Positions 27,428 to 38,363 of a stretch of DNA of 64,000 nucleotides are shown here, one piece after another (position 1 is the stretch's first letter; each line of letters begins with the position of its first letter). The DNA comes from Schmidtea nova. Taxonomy: Eukaryota. Where the stretch lies: contig CM097882.1 in the NCBI GenBank assembly GCA_044892505.1, forward strand, positions 312,542,001-312,606,000, given 5' to 3'. Made by a program: the position numbers and the translations under genes. Below the pieces are notes generated by a model, which did no database searches, was not told where the DNA came from, and was given only the letters and a program-made list of their open reading frames with translations.

Positions 27428-30062
27428 ATGACTCAATCACCTGCTGCTCAGTCAACTGCTGCTGATGTGATGACTCAGTCTATTGGAAATCAGTCAACTG
27501 TGACGAAGAAATATGAATTAGAAAACATTCTCAAGTATCAAATTTCCAGTTTGCAATGTTTTCAATCGATTTTGGATTATTTTTCGCAACTAAATGGTGG
27601 AAATCTCGCTACTGCCTCAGTTCTTTCTGATGCGAATGCAAGTCAACGGAGTTCTTTCGATCAAGGATCTAAAATTTCTCAAAACCAATCTGATAATATG
27701 CCACTTTCTTATGCTGATATTGAGACTAAATTCACTAAATCAAAGGATTTACTGATTGTCAAGCGCCTGGATTCATTGGAGTCTCAATTTATGAATATGG
27801 CTGAAAAGTTAGATTATTTGGTTTCTTTTTTTTAATGGCTCTGTTGATGATTTATCAGATTTTCCTAAAGTAAATGAAAATAATTTAAATAATAATCCTT
27901 TCAATAAAAATAAAGTTTTTGATATCAAATATAAATTAATTGTAAATAATGTAGTTTTAGATAAATCAAATATTTCAGAATTTATTGAAAATAATATTGC
28001 TAAAATTCCTAATAGTTTAATTGATGTAAATAATAAAATGTGTAATTCAAATAATAAATTTCTAAATAACCCTAATAAAGAGAATGTTAAACATTTTAAT
28101 AATCCCAAAGAAACATCTTCAATTGATTTGACTAACGATAAAATTATGCCAAATGAAAACATAGAAATAATTATTAAAAATAATAAAAAATCTGTTAAAA
28201 TTATAGAACCTAATAAAACAACTAAACAGAAGTATGATAAATTTGAATTTAAAAATCTGGTTCGTATTTTAACGAAAAGGGAACGCCAGAAAATCTTGAA
28301 TGCCTTCCCTGCTTTAATACAACTAATTAAAAAGAAAGAATCACAGAGTAAATATTTTGAAATTAATAAATTTCTTTCGAGCAAAGATTTTAATGTGAAT
28401 CACTTGAATTTAAATAATTTTGATTATTTTTTCTATAGAAATTGTAATCTTTGTGTATCTTTAAAATTGAACAACGCTCCTGTCATTTTATCAGCACCAA
28501 AACCTGTTGTTTTAAAAACTATTAAATTAATTGACCATAATATCGTCAAAATAAATTCTGAAATCCCTGACTTTGTTCGAGCTCCAATGTCAATTCGAAG
28601 ATTTTTATTCAATCTTTCGCACGATCTTTCAAACACTGTTTCCATCAAGGATGAGAAACACAGGGGAAATAAAATAAATAACATTCTTACTTCAATGAAA
28701 CATAAACAACAATTACCAGATTATTTAATAAAATCAAACATTAAATACGAAAATGGTGAGTTCTTATTATTAGATTTGACTAACGATAAAATCAAATTGA
28801 ACGACGATAATAACTTGATAAAATCAAATTTTTCTGAACTTACTAGAAGTCAGATTAAAAATCTTTACTATTCTTATCCTTCTCTTAAGGAAGTTTGTTT
28901 CGTTGAAAATCTTGAAACAAGATCATCATCCGTTAGTAAAATTATCGAATCTTTAAAGTTAATTAATGAATTTCCAAAAAATATCATTTTTAAAGAGGGT
29001 AAATTTTATCAGTCTGATAAAAGAACAATCTCACCTAGTAGTTCTCCTGACATAATGTTCAACCTTGGTCTTTTTAATTTGGCTAGTATGAGTAGAAAAG
29101 ATTGTGAATTAAAATCCATTTTAGAGAAGACTGGTTGTGACTTTAAAATAGTTGAAATAATATTCTACCTCAACTATTTAGGCTTGACTCAATCTTTAGA
29201 ATTTTGCAAAAATCAAACTTATTCTGATTATGTGAGGAATTACGTCTGTAATTGCTGCTTGATAAACTCACTCTGTAGTATTGCTGATATTGATTCGCTT
29301 TCATCTGAAGATTTTGAGGGTTGGGCGACCGAAATTGTTCAGAAAATCCCAGTTTCTTCCTATTACTTCAATAGCTGCCAGGAAAAGCTTTTAAAGCTGA
29401 AGCAATGGGACATTTCAACTAAAATCAAAAGAATCCATAACGTTATTTCACCTGAAATAATATCTTATTTAAATAACTTTCTTGACTCTGTAGACGTAAA
29501 ATTTCCATCTAAGTCTCAACAACATAATATTCTAATTAAATTAATGAAAGCTATCAATGACATTAAAATTTTTGATGACATACACGGAAATAAAGCAAAA
29601 AGACTTGTTTACTTTTTGCTAAGAGATGCCAAGAAATATTTGAATAAAAATCAACGATTCAGATTATTTGAATCGAGCAATAAATATTGCACTTCAGAGA
29701 TGGAGAATATAATTTCAGTAATAATTGAGAACCTTACCAAAGTTACTGACCATGAAGTTACTACTCCTGAAATCACAGTTGAAGAAACGCCAATTGAAAT
29801 AACTTGTGATCCTGAACCTATCGTCTTGATTAAGGAAATAAACTGTTTAAAATGTAACAATATCATCGAAAAATGCATTCTTGTTAGAGATGGAACAAAC
29901 GTCAACATCTGTGAAAGCTGTCTATTTGACGCAATTACCTTTGAAAAGCCGATTCCTGAAGCTACTAATTCGGATACCGAAGAAAATATGGAAACAAATA
30001 GTAAGAAATCTTGTCCAAGACCTAGAAAAACAGACAAGAAAACATCAACCAAAGCGAAATGA
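27428..30062 (+). pseudogene. E4 ORF1, +1 frameshift at T8 (27826-27833)
   Basis: Fragments 27428-27835 and 28038-30062. Confidence 0.88.
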
Positions 30063-30068
30063 AGATGT

Positions 30069-33000
30069 GTGCCTGCATCAGCTCAATCGTCTGCCATTCC
30101 CTCTAATGAGACTGATGCAGAGAGCACAACTAAAAATAATATTTCAACTATCGACAATCGTGATCCTGAAGTGTGGTTTTCTGATAATGATATTGATTGG
30201 TATCTTGAAAACCACATTGATAATCCAATGCATGGATATATTAAATGCTTTATAGTAAATATCATCTGTTCTAACATCACAGAAGATATTGTTGAAATTC
30301 CACCATCTATTAGCAATGCTGAAATTGTATTTTGTCCACTCAACATTAACAATTCGCACTGGATTCTTTTTGTTTATAGTAAGAAAATGTTATCTTCTTA
30401 CTTTATTGACCCAATCCTTGCAAACAGACAAAAGCCAATCAATAAACAAATGGCTCAGAGAATTAACCTAAAACTGAATAGATTTTTTAATCTAAATATA
30501 TCTGTGTCCCGACATCCACACAAACATCTTGAATATCAAAATAACAGCTTTGATTGTGGCCCATTTACGTGTGCTTATGCTGTGATTATCAGTAAAGATT
30601 TGAACAGCTTTCCAAATGGGTTCATAGAGAAAATTCGTACCAGTGTGCATGAAAATCAAAATCGTATGCAAATAACCGAATCCACCTTATTCGCTGGTAC
30701 TAACTCCAAGATGGACATGACCAAAATAAATATCAAGAAAGCCCTTGCAAAAAAGAAAGTCATCACCAACACCTCAGATATGACCAAAGTATTGAACACT
30801 CAAAAACCGTGTGTGTCATCAATAATTAGTAAATATTACGAAAGTAATTCTAAAATAACAGTCTTATCTGCCGAACTAACTTTAAACCTAATTGCACAAA
30901 ATACCTCCTTCATAGCTGATAATGTCACTTTCAAGCAGTTCAAAGGAATCGATCATGTTATAAGTATCATTCCTAAATTTAACGATTGGTGTCTCTTTGT
31001 CTATTCGAATAAACTTGACAGGAGCTACATGTTCGACTTCAATTATCGAAACATTGATGAAAGGCTAATTGAAATTGGTGAAAAGATAACTGAATATCTG
31101 AATCAATTCACTCTTGTTTCTAAAATAAAATTCACACCTCATCATAGAATTTCTCATCCAACATTTCATTCTTACGATGATCAATATTTTGCAAGTTCTT
31201 TTATTGTATTTTTTGAGAAACTTGTCTTTGAAAGAATACTGGACAATGATAAGGTTTATGACTCATTAAGTGCTCTAAAATATCAGTCTTGTAAAGATCT
31301 TTCTCCTAGCCTAAGTTTCATTAATGGTAAAATATCCGACAAAATTATTGAGGAATATTTTGCTAGCCTAAACTTATCGACCAAATATATTCTTCTAAAC
31401 ACAACAATGTGTACTGCGCTTTCAGATGATTGCACTGAATACTTGAAAGACTTTGTAAACATTGAGTGCATGATGAAGGCTACTATAATCTTTGTAATCA
31501 TTTCTCCTCCAAGAGCCAACGACTTGCTCATGGTTATTGATTACGACGCTGATGAGCACTATTTATTAAGCCCAGTCACTAATGACTTGTTCGTTATGAC
31601 TGAAGGATTCTGCTATAAATTACTAATTAAAATTAATGAGATTAGAGAGAGCACAGGACGTTCCTTGAAATCGCGTAATTGTCGACATGACGTTAAAGGT
31701 TCTGGCTTATTTAGTAGGTTATTAATCTGTGCCTTTATTAAATATTATGCATTTGACCGATCTCTAGAAAATATCAATCTTCATGAAATTGGCAAAATTA
31801 TCTACTCACTTGTGCCATTAGTTGATAAAAATGATAATGCTGAGGAAGAAAGACGACTAAAATCAAAAGCTGTAAACTCTTTAAAACTAAATTTAAAACA
31901 GCGAATAGAAAAAGCCAATAATCTTATAATTTCACTTGAACACGCCAGTATTGATGAAATCATAAGTGGCATTCTTTCAAATATTCCTCGTCTTAAAGAT
32001 TTGAACACCGATCACATTCGTACACCATATTTAGGTACTAAAATAGAAAAAGCTAGAAAATTCAAAAATTCCACTGAGTTTCTGTCAAACATGAAAAAGA
32101 CTGTGTATAGGATTTTGGGTAACAACACAGAATCAATTGCACCTCCTTATCAGGAAATTATTGACACTTTCAGTCATCCTGATACATTACCTAGAAATTG
32201 GGAAAACATCTTAAAATTCACTAAGAGTTCTAAATATAGTCTTGAATTAAATCCAATGACACCTAAAGAAATCCTTTCAAGTCTTTGCAAAGCTGACAAC
32301 ACTTCTCCAGGTCTTGATAATGTTTGTTATAAAGATCTTTTGTTATTAGACCCTGAATGTAAATTGCTAGCTTTTCTGTACAATAAAATCCTAAAATTAG
32401 ACATTATTCCTACAAGTTGGAAATCATTTAAAACCATACTAATCCCCAAACCAGATAAAAATGGCCAATATCATAAAATATATTCTTGGCGACCAATTGC
32501 CTTATTATCTGTCATTTACAAAGTCTTCGCTTCAGTTTTGGCAAATCGTCTAAGCTTATGGATAAGAAATAATTCCATGTTACACATTGGCCAAAAGGGT
32601 GGTTCGGAGTACGAAGGATGTATTGAACACAACTCTATTCTTTCTGCTATCGTCGAACATTCAAAATACAGCAAGTCTTCACCTTTAACGATAGCTTGGC
32701 TAGACATCAAAGATGCCTTCGGAAGTGTTCCACATGACTACATGTGGACACTGTTAAAACACATAAATGTTAGTGATAGGTTTGTAGGAATTTTAAAACT
32801 GCTCTATACTGATACAAGCTCGTTTTATTGTTGCAATAAAATGCAGACACCGGATATTCCAATAAAGAAAGGAGTTAAACAAGGTTGTCCGATCTCAATG
32901 ATATTGTTTGCAATAGCTATTAACCCAGTACTTGAGTCTATTAATCTATCAAACGTCAATCCTTTTACGATTGGAACATCTCCGGTACAGGTTTTGGCTT

Positions 33001-34679
33001 ATGCGGATGATATCGCACTTATCGCGACAAATACCTCTGATCTGCAAATACTCATAAACGTTGCTGTAAACACCGCTAAAACAATTGGATTTGAATATCG
33101 TCCAGAAAAGTGCGCTTATATGCAATACCCTAAAATAGAAACTGTAAGCGAGATTTCTGTCAACAACGTTCTTATAAAAAAGATTGCAACAAATGAATTT
33201 TACCAATACTTGGGAGTACCAATAGGTGACAATAATGATCAAAGTCCCTATGAAATTCTAAGCAAAGTAATTGAAGACACAAAGAAAATAGCAAATTCTG
33301 ATCTTTACGGCTGGCAAAAACTTAAAGCGTATAAGGTCTTTCTGCATTCTCGCTTGATTTTTCCATTTAGAACTAGGGAAATCAAAACAAGTTCTTTAGC
33401 TGATTCGAGTAAAAATTCAAAATTAAATGTAAATAATACGAGTATTTTGAGGAGTCATCTTAGAAAAATATTGCACTTGCCACACTACTCTGAGATTAGC
33501 TATTTTTATAATTCTACTGAAAACGGCGGTGCAGGCTGCATAGACTTACTTGACGAGTATCATACACAGACAATCGTGTACTTTTTCCGTTTGTTAACAT
33601 CAACGTGCGAATATTCGAAAAAGATAAATATTGACTCGCTTTTATTTGTCACAAGTCCGAGACTCGGAATCAAAAATCCAGTTCTTAAACAAAGTTTAGA
33701 ATGGATAAATGGAAAAGAGAGCAAGAAAAACAACAGTGGTTGCAAAACTCAATTTTATCGGTTGCGATCATCCATTGCTTACTTTTCTAAAGTTCACAAC
33801 ATTAAATTGTTATTTGAAACAGTGAAAGGGAATCCTTCTATCCGTATAACCACTACACTTAAGGGAACACGTATATTATTACCAACATTAAGAAAAGCCT
33901 TGTCAATGATTTTACATTCAGCTCTCCAGGATTCGTATCTCGAGAAATGGGAGAATAGCAATCATAATAATCTGCTTGTATCTGCGATTAAACTCTGTCC
34001 ACTGGTCAACAGGCTTATTTTCCGCAGTGATTTGACAGAATTTGAATGGAGATTCGTCCATCGAGCAAGAACGAATACATTATCAATATTTGCGAAGCCA
34101 TATAAAACTGGCGAAAATCGTCTTTGTCGTAGATGTAAGCTTGAAGACGAGACTTTATCACACGTTCTTCAAACTTGTAAAATGAACAAATCTTGGGCAA
34201 CTAGTCGACATAACGCTTGCTTAGAAAAAATAAAAAGCGAGTTGAAAGATCCAAACTTGTTAGTTGTTGCGGATCATAAATGTTCCCTAGTACCGACATC
34301 AACTGAACGCGTTGATTTAATAATAACCAATAATGATAAAAAGACCATATTATTGGTAGACATGAAATGCCCAATCGATTCGGTGCCCAACTTTGATTTG
34401 GCTGATAAAAAAAACATAGAAAAGTATGATAAACTAAAATCAGAAATTAAAATAGCCAAACCCGATTATAAAGTTGAGTTGTTTACCTGCATCATAGGCT
34501 CATTAGGATCCATTGAAATTAAAACACCTGATCTTTTAGTAAAAATGGGAGTAAAAGAAAATAAAGTAAAACGTCTGATGAAAGAGTGTGCAATTAGCAA
34601 TATTGCGCACTCGGCCAAAATTTGGTACTTTCATACCAATGGCTTTCTTCCAGATAATATAAGACAAACTTGTAAATAA
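30069..34679 (+). CDS. E4 ORF2 (Ulp1-RT-CCHC-RLE)
   Basis: Intact, same motifs. Confidence 0.95.
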   Translation: MPASAQSSAIPSNETDAESTTKNNISTIDNRDPEVWFSDNDIDWYLENHIDNPMHGYIKCFIVNIICSNITEDIVEIPPSISNAEIVFCPLNINNSHWILFVYSKKMLSSYFIDPILANRQKPINKQMAQRINLKLNRFFNLNISVSRHPHKHLEYQNNSFDCGPFTCAYAVIISKDLNSFPNGFIEKIRTSVHENQNRMQITESTLFAGTNSKMDMTKINIKKALAKKKVITNTSDMTKVLNTQKPCVSSIISKYYESNSKITVLSAELTLNLIAQNTSFIADNVTFKQFKGIDHVISIIPKFNDWCLFVYSNKLDRSYMFDFNYRNIDERLIEIGEKITEYLNQFTLVSKIKFTPHHRISHPTFHSYDDQYFASSFIVFFEKLVFERILDNDKVYDSLSALKYQSCKDLSPSLSFINGKISDKIIEEYFASLNLSTKYILLNTTMCTALSDDCTEYLKDFVNIECMMKATIIFVIISPPRANDLLMVIDYDADEHYLLSPVTNDLFVMTEGFCYKLLIKINEIRESTGRSLKSRNCRHDVKGSGLFSRLLICAFIKYYAFDRSLENINLHEIGKIIYSLVPLVDKNDNAEEERRLKSKAVNSLKLNLKQRIEKANNLIISLEHASIDEIISGILSNIPRLKDLNTDHIRTPYLGTKIEKARKFKNSTEFLSNMKKTVYRILGNNTESIAPPYQEIIDTFSHPDTLPRNWENILKFTKSSKYSLELNPMTPKEILSSLCKADNTSPGLDNVCYKDLLLLDPECKLLAFLYNKILKLDIIPTSWKSFKTILIPKPDKNGQYHKIYSWRPIALLSVIYKVFASVLANRLSLWIRNNSMLHIGQKGGSEYEGCIEHNSILSAIVEHSKYSKSSPLTIAWLDIKDAFGSVPHDYMWTLLKHINVSDRFVGILKLLYTDTSSFYCCNKMQTPDIPIKKGVKQGCPISMILFAIAINPVLESINLSNVNPFTIGTSPVQVLAYADDIALIATNTSDLQILINVAVNTAKTIGFEYRPEKCAYMQYPKIETVSEISVNNVLIKKIATNEFYQYLGVPIGDNNDQSPYEILSKVIEDTKKIANSDLYGWQKLKAYKVFLHSRLIFPFRTREIKTSSLADSSKNSKLNVNNTSILRSHLRKILHLPHYSEISYFYNSTENGGAGCIDLLDEYHTQTIVYFFRLLTSTCEYSKKINIDSLLFVTSPRLGIKNPVLKQSLEWINGKESKKNNSGCKTQFYRLRSSIAYFSKVHNIKLLFETVKGNPSIRITTTLKGTRILLPTLRKALSMILHSALQDSYLEKWENSNHNNLLVSAIKLCPLVNRLIFRSDLTEFEWRFVHRARTNTLSIFAKPYKTGENRLCRRCKLEDETLSHVLQTCKMNKSWATSRHNACLEKIKSELKDPNLLVVADHKCSLVPTSTERVDLIITNNDKKTILLVDMKCPIDSVPNFDLADKKNIEKYDKLKSEIKIAKPDYKVELFTCIIGSLGSIEIKTPDLLVKMGVKENKVKRLMKECAISNIAHSAKIWYFHTNGFLPDNIRQTCK

Positions 34680-35033
34680 ATAATTATATATATATATAAA
34701 TATTTGCTTTTTAAACTCTGTAAATAAAATTTAAGGTAAATATTTTGTAAAGTAATTTTTGTATTAAATATCCAATCTTTTTAATCTGATAAATTGTCTT
34801 TGAGAGTTATTAAATTGGGAGACCAAGTATTCTGCGACGTATGTCACTTATTCTAGAATTATCAACTTCAAAAGAATACAGTCGCAAAGCTGGATGACGA
34901 AATCCAAAGAACCAGAAACTTCCATTCAGATTGAACAATTATATTTTGACTGTGATTGTTTAGGGACTAATCCATGTTGATTAGATAATCTGTAAAAAAA
35001 TATGTCAAACTTGTTATATTTAATAAATGTTTA

Positions 35034-35088
35034 TTATCACGTCTGCCTAACACGCAGAAGGTCCCCGGTTCGATCCCGGGTCGAACCA
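35034..35088 (+). pseudogene. 5'-truncated tRNA-Val(AAC), nt 19-73
   Basis: Abuts E4 3' end. Confidence 0.93.
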
Positions 35089-35268
35089 AATTTTTCTCAA
35101 TTCATTATTTGACTTTTATTATATTTGCAACTCTTTTTTTAATTCATAACGCAATTTTGTTGTTGAATTCTCTACTTTGTACATAAATTTTATTCAAGTG
35201 AATTCAGTACATTTTGTCAAGGTAATTCGAAAATCAAACATGCACAACAATTGTTAGTTGAAACTGTC

Positions 35269-35341
35269 GGTTCGATGGTGTAGCGGTTATCACGTCTGCC
35301 TAACACGCAGAAGGTCCCCGGTTCGATCCCGGGTCGAACCA
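35269..35341 (+). tRNA. trnV(AAC): tRNA-Val(AAC)
   Basis: Identical to 566-638. Confidence 0.97.
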
Positions 35342-35521
35342 AATTTTTCTCAATTCATTATTTGACTTTTATTATATTTGCAACTCTTTTTTTAATTCAT
35401 AACGCAATTTTGTTGTTGAATTCTCTACTTTGTACATAAATTTTATTCAAGTGAATTCAGTACATTTTGTCAAGGTAATTCGAAAATCAAACATGCACAA
35501 CAATTGTTAGTTGAAACTGTC

Positions 35522-35594
35522 GGTTCGATGGTGTAGCGGTTATCACGTCTGCCTAACACGCAGAAGGTCCCCGGTTCGATCCCGGGTCGAACCA
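35522..35594 (+). tRNA. trnV(AAC): tRNA-Val(AAC)
   Basis: Identical to 566-638. Confidence 0.97.
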
Positions 35595-35723
35595 AATTTT
35601 TCTCAATTCATTATTTGACTTTTATTATATTTGCAACTCTTTTTTTAATTCATAACGCAATTTTGTTGTTGAATTCTCTACTTTGTACATAAATTTTATT
35701 CAAGTGAATTCTTTCAAGGTTCG

Positions 35724-38357
35724 ATGACTCAATCACCTGCTGCTCAGTCAACTGCTGCTGATGTGATGACTCAGTCTATTGGAAATCAGTCAACTGTGAC
35801 GAAGAAATATGAATTAGAAAACATTCTCAAGTATCAAATTTCCAGTTTGCAATGTTTTCAATCGATTTTGGATTATTTTTCGCAACTAAATGGTGGAAAT
35901 CTCGCTACTGCCTCAGTTCTTTCTGATGCGAATGCAAGTCAACGGAGTTCTTTCGATCAAGGATCTAAAATTTCTCAAAACCAATCTGATAATATGCCAC
36001 TTTCTTATGCTGATATTGAGACTAAATTCACTAAATCAAAGGATTTACTGATTGTCAAGCGCCTGGATTCATTGGAGTCTCAATTTATGAATATGGCTGA
36101 AAAGTTAGATTATTTGGTTTCTTTGTTTAATGGCTCTGTTGATGATTTATCAGATTTTCCTAAAGTAAATGAAAATAATTTAAATAATAATCCTTTCAAT
36201 AAAAATAAAGTTTTTGATATCAAAGATAAATTAATTGTAAATAATGTAGTTTTAGATAAATCAAATATTTCAGAATTTATTGAAAATAATATTGCTAAAA
36301 TTCCTAATAGTTTAATTGATGTAAATAATAAAATGTGTAATTCAAATAATAAATTTCTAAATAACCCTAATAAAGAGAATGTTAAACATTTTAATAATCC
36401 CAAAGATACATCTTCAATTGATTTGACTAACGATAAAATTATGCCAAATGAAAACATAGAAATAATTATTAAAAATAATAAAAAATCTGTTAAAATTATA
36501 GAACTTTATAAAACAACTAAACAGAAGTATGATAAATTTGAATTTAAAAGTCTGGTTCGTATTTTAACGAAAAGGGAACGCCAGAAAATCTTGAATGCCT
36601 TCCCTGCTTTAATACAACTAATTAAAAAGAAAGAATCACAGAGTAAATATTTTGAAATTAATAAATTTCTTTCGAGCAAAGATTTTAATGTGAATCACTT
36701 GAATTTAATTAATTTTGATTATTTTTTCTATAGAAATTGTAATCTTTGTGTATCTTTAAAATTGAACAACGCTCCTGTCATTTCATCAGCACCAAAACCT
36801 GTTGTTTTAAAAACTATTAAATTAATTGACCATAATATCGTCAAAATAAATTCTGAAATCCCTGACTTTGTTCGAGCTCCAATGTCAATTCGAAGATTTT
36901 TATTCAATCTTTCGCACGATCTTTCAAACACTGTTTCCATCAAGGATGAGAAACACAGGGGAAATAAAATAAATAACATTCTTACTTCAATGAAACATAA
37001 ACAACAATTACCAGATTATTTAATAAAATCAAACATTAAATACGAAAATGGTGAGTTCTTATTATTAGATTTGACTAACGATAAAATCAAATTGAACGAC
37101 GATAATAACTTGATAAAATCAAATTTTTCTGAACTTACTAGAAGTCAGATTAAAAATCTTTACCATTCTTATCCTTCTCTTAAGGAAGTTTGTTTCGTTG
37201 AAAATCTTGAAACAAGATCATCATCCGTTAGTAAAATTATCGAATCTTTAAAGTTAATTAATGAATTTCCAAAAAATATCATTTTTAAAGAGGGTAAATT
37301 TTATCAGTCTGATAAAAGAACAATCTCACCTAGTAGTTCTCCTGACATAATGTTCAACCTTGGTCTTTTTAATTTAGCTAGTATGAGTAGAAAAGATTGT
37401 GAATTAAAATCCATTTTAGAGAAGACTGGTTGTGACTTTAAAATAGTTGAAATAATATTCTACCTCAACTATTTAGGCTTGACTCAATCTTTAGAATTTT
37501 GCAAAAATCAAACTTATTCTGATTATGTGAGGAATTACGTCTGCAATTGCTGCTTGATAAACTCACTCTGTAGTATTGCTGATGTTGATTCGCTTTCATC
37601 TGAAGATTTTGAGGGTTGGGCGACCGAAATTGTTCAGAAAATCCCAGTTTCTTCCTATTACTTCAATAGCTGCCAGGAAAAGCTTTTAAAGCTGAAGCAA
37701 TGGGACATTTCAACTAAAATCAAAAGAATCCATAACGTTATTTCACCTGAAATAATATCTTATTTAAATAACTTTCTTGACTCTGTAGACGTAAAATTTC
37801 CATCTAAGTCTCAACAACATAATATTCTAATTAAATTAATGAAAGCTATCAATGACATTAAAATTTTTGATGACATACACGGAAATAAAGCAAAAAGACT
37901 TGTTTACTTTTTGCTAAGAGATGCCAAGAAATATTTGAATAAAAATCAACGATTCAGATTATTTGAATCGAGCAATAAATATTGCACTTTAGAGATGGAG
38001 AATATAATTTCAGTAATAATTGAGAACCTTACCAAAGTTACTGACCATGAAGTTACTACTCCTGAAATCACAGTTGAAGAAACGCCAATTGAAATAACTT
38101 GTGATCCTGAACCTATCGTCTTGATTAAGGAAATAAACTGTTTAAAATGCAACAATATCATCGAAAAATGCATTCTTGTTAGAGATGGAACAAACGTCAA
38201 CATCTGTGAAAGCTGTCTATTTGACGCAATTACCTTTGAAAAGCCGATTCCTGAAGCTACTAATTCGGATATCGAAGAAAATATAGAAACAAATTGTAAG
38301 AAATCTTGTCCAAGACCTAGAAAAACAGACAAGAAAACATCAACCAAAGCAAAATGA
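35724..38357 (+). CDS. E5 ORF1, 877 aa
   Basis: Intact open frame. Confidence 0.88.
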   Translation: MTQSPAAQSTAADVMTQSIGNQSTVTKKYELENILKYQISSLQCFQSILDYFSQLNGGNLATASVLSDANASQRSSFDQGSKISQNQSDNMPLSYADIETKFTKSKDLLIVKRLDSLESQFMNMAEKLDYLVSLFNGSVDDLSDFPKVNENNLNNNPFNKNKVFDIKDKLIVNNVVLDKSNISEFIENNIAKIPNSLIDVNNKMCNSNNKFLNNPNKENVKHFNNPKDTSSIDLTNDKIMPNENIEIIIKNNKKSVKIIELYKTTKQKYDKFEFKSLVRILTKRERQKILNAFPALIQLIKKKESQSKYFEINKFLSSKDFNVNHLNLINFDYFFYRNCNLCVSLKLNNAPVISSAPKPVVLKTIKLIDHNIVKINSEIPDFVRAPMSIRRFLFNLSHDLSNTVSIKDEKHRGNKINNILTSMKHKQQLPDYLIKSNIKYENGEFLLLDLTNDKIKLNDDNNLIKSNFSELTRSQIKNLYHSYPSLKEVCFVENLETRSSSVSKIIESLKLINEFPKNIIFKEGKFYQSDKRTISPSSSPDIMFNLGLFNLASMSRKDCELKSILEKTGCDFKIVEIIFYLNYLGLTQSLEFCKNQTYSDYVRNYVCNCCLINSLCSIADVDSLSSEDFEGWATEIVQKIPVSSYYFNSCQEKLLKLKQWDISTKIKRIHNVISPEIISYLNNFLDSVDVKFPSKSQQHNILIKLMKAINDIKIFDDIHGNKAKRLVYFLLRDAKKYLNKNQRFRLFESSNKYCTLEMENIISVIIENLTKVTDHEVTTPEITVEETPIEITCDPEPIVLIKEINCLKCNNIIEKCILVRDGTNVNICESCLFDAITFEKPIPEATNSDIEENIETNCKKSCPRPRKTDKKTSTKAK

Positions 38358-38363
38358 AGATGT

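Larger units (their letters stand above)
27416..35033 (+). mobile_element. E4: full-length RLE retrotransposon, 7618 bp, ORF1 frameshifted
   Basis: Same junctions; several private substitutions. Confidence 0.93.
35034..35711 (+). repeat. tRNA-Val array E (1 remnant + 2 intact)
   Basis: Period 253. Confidence 0.97.
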
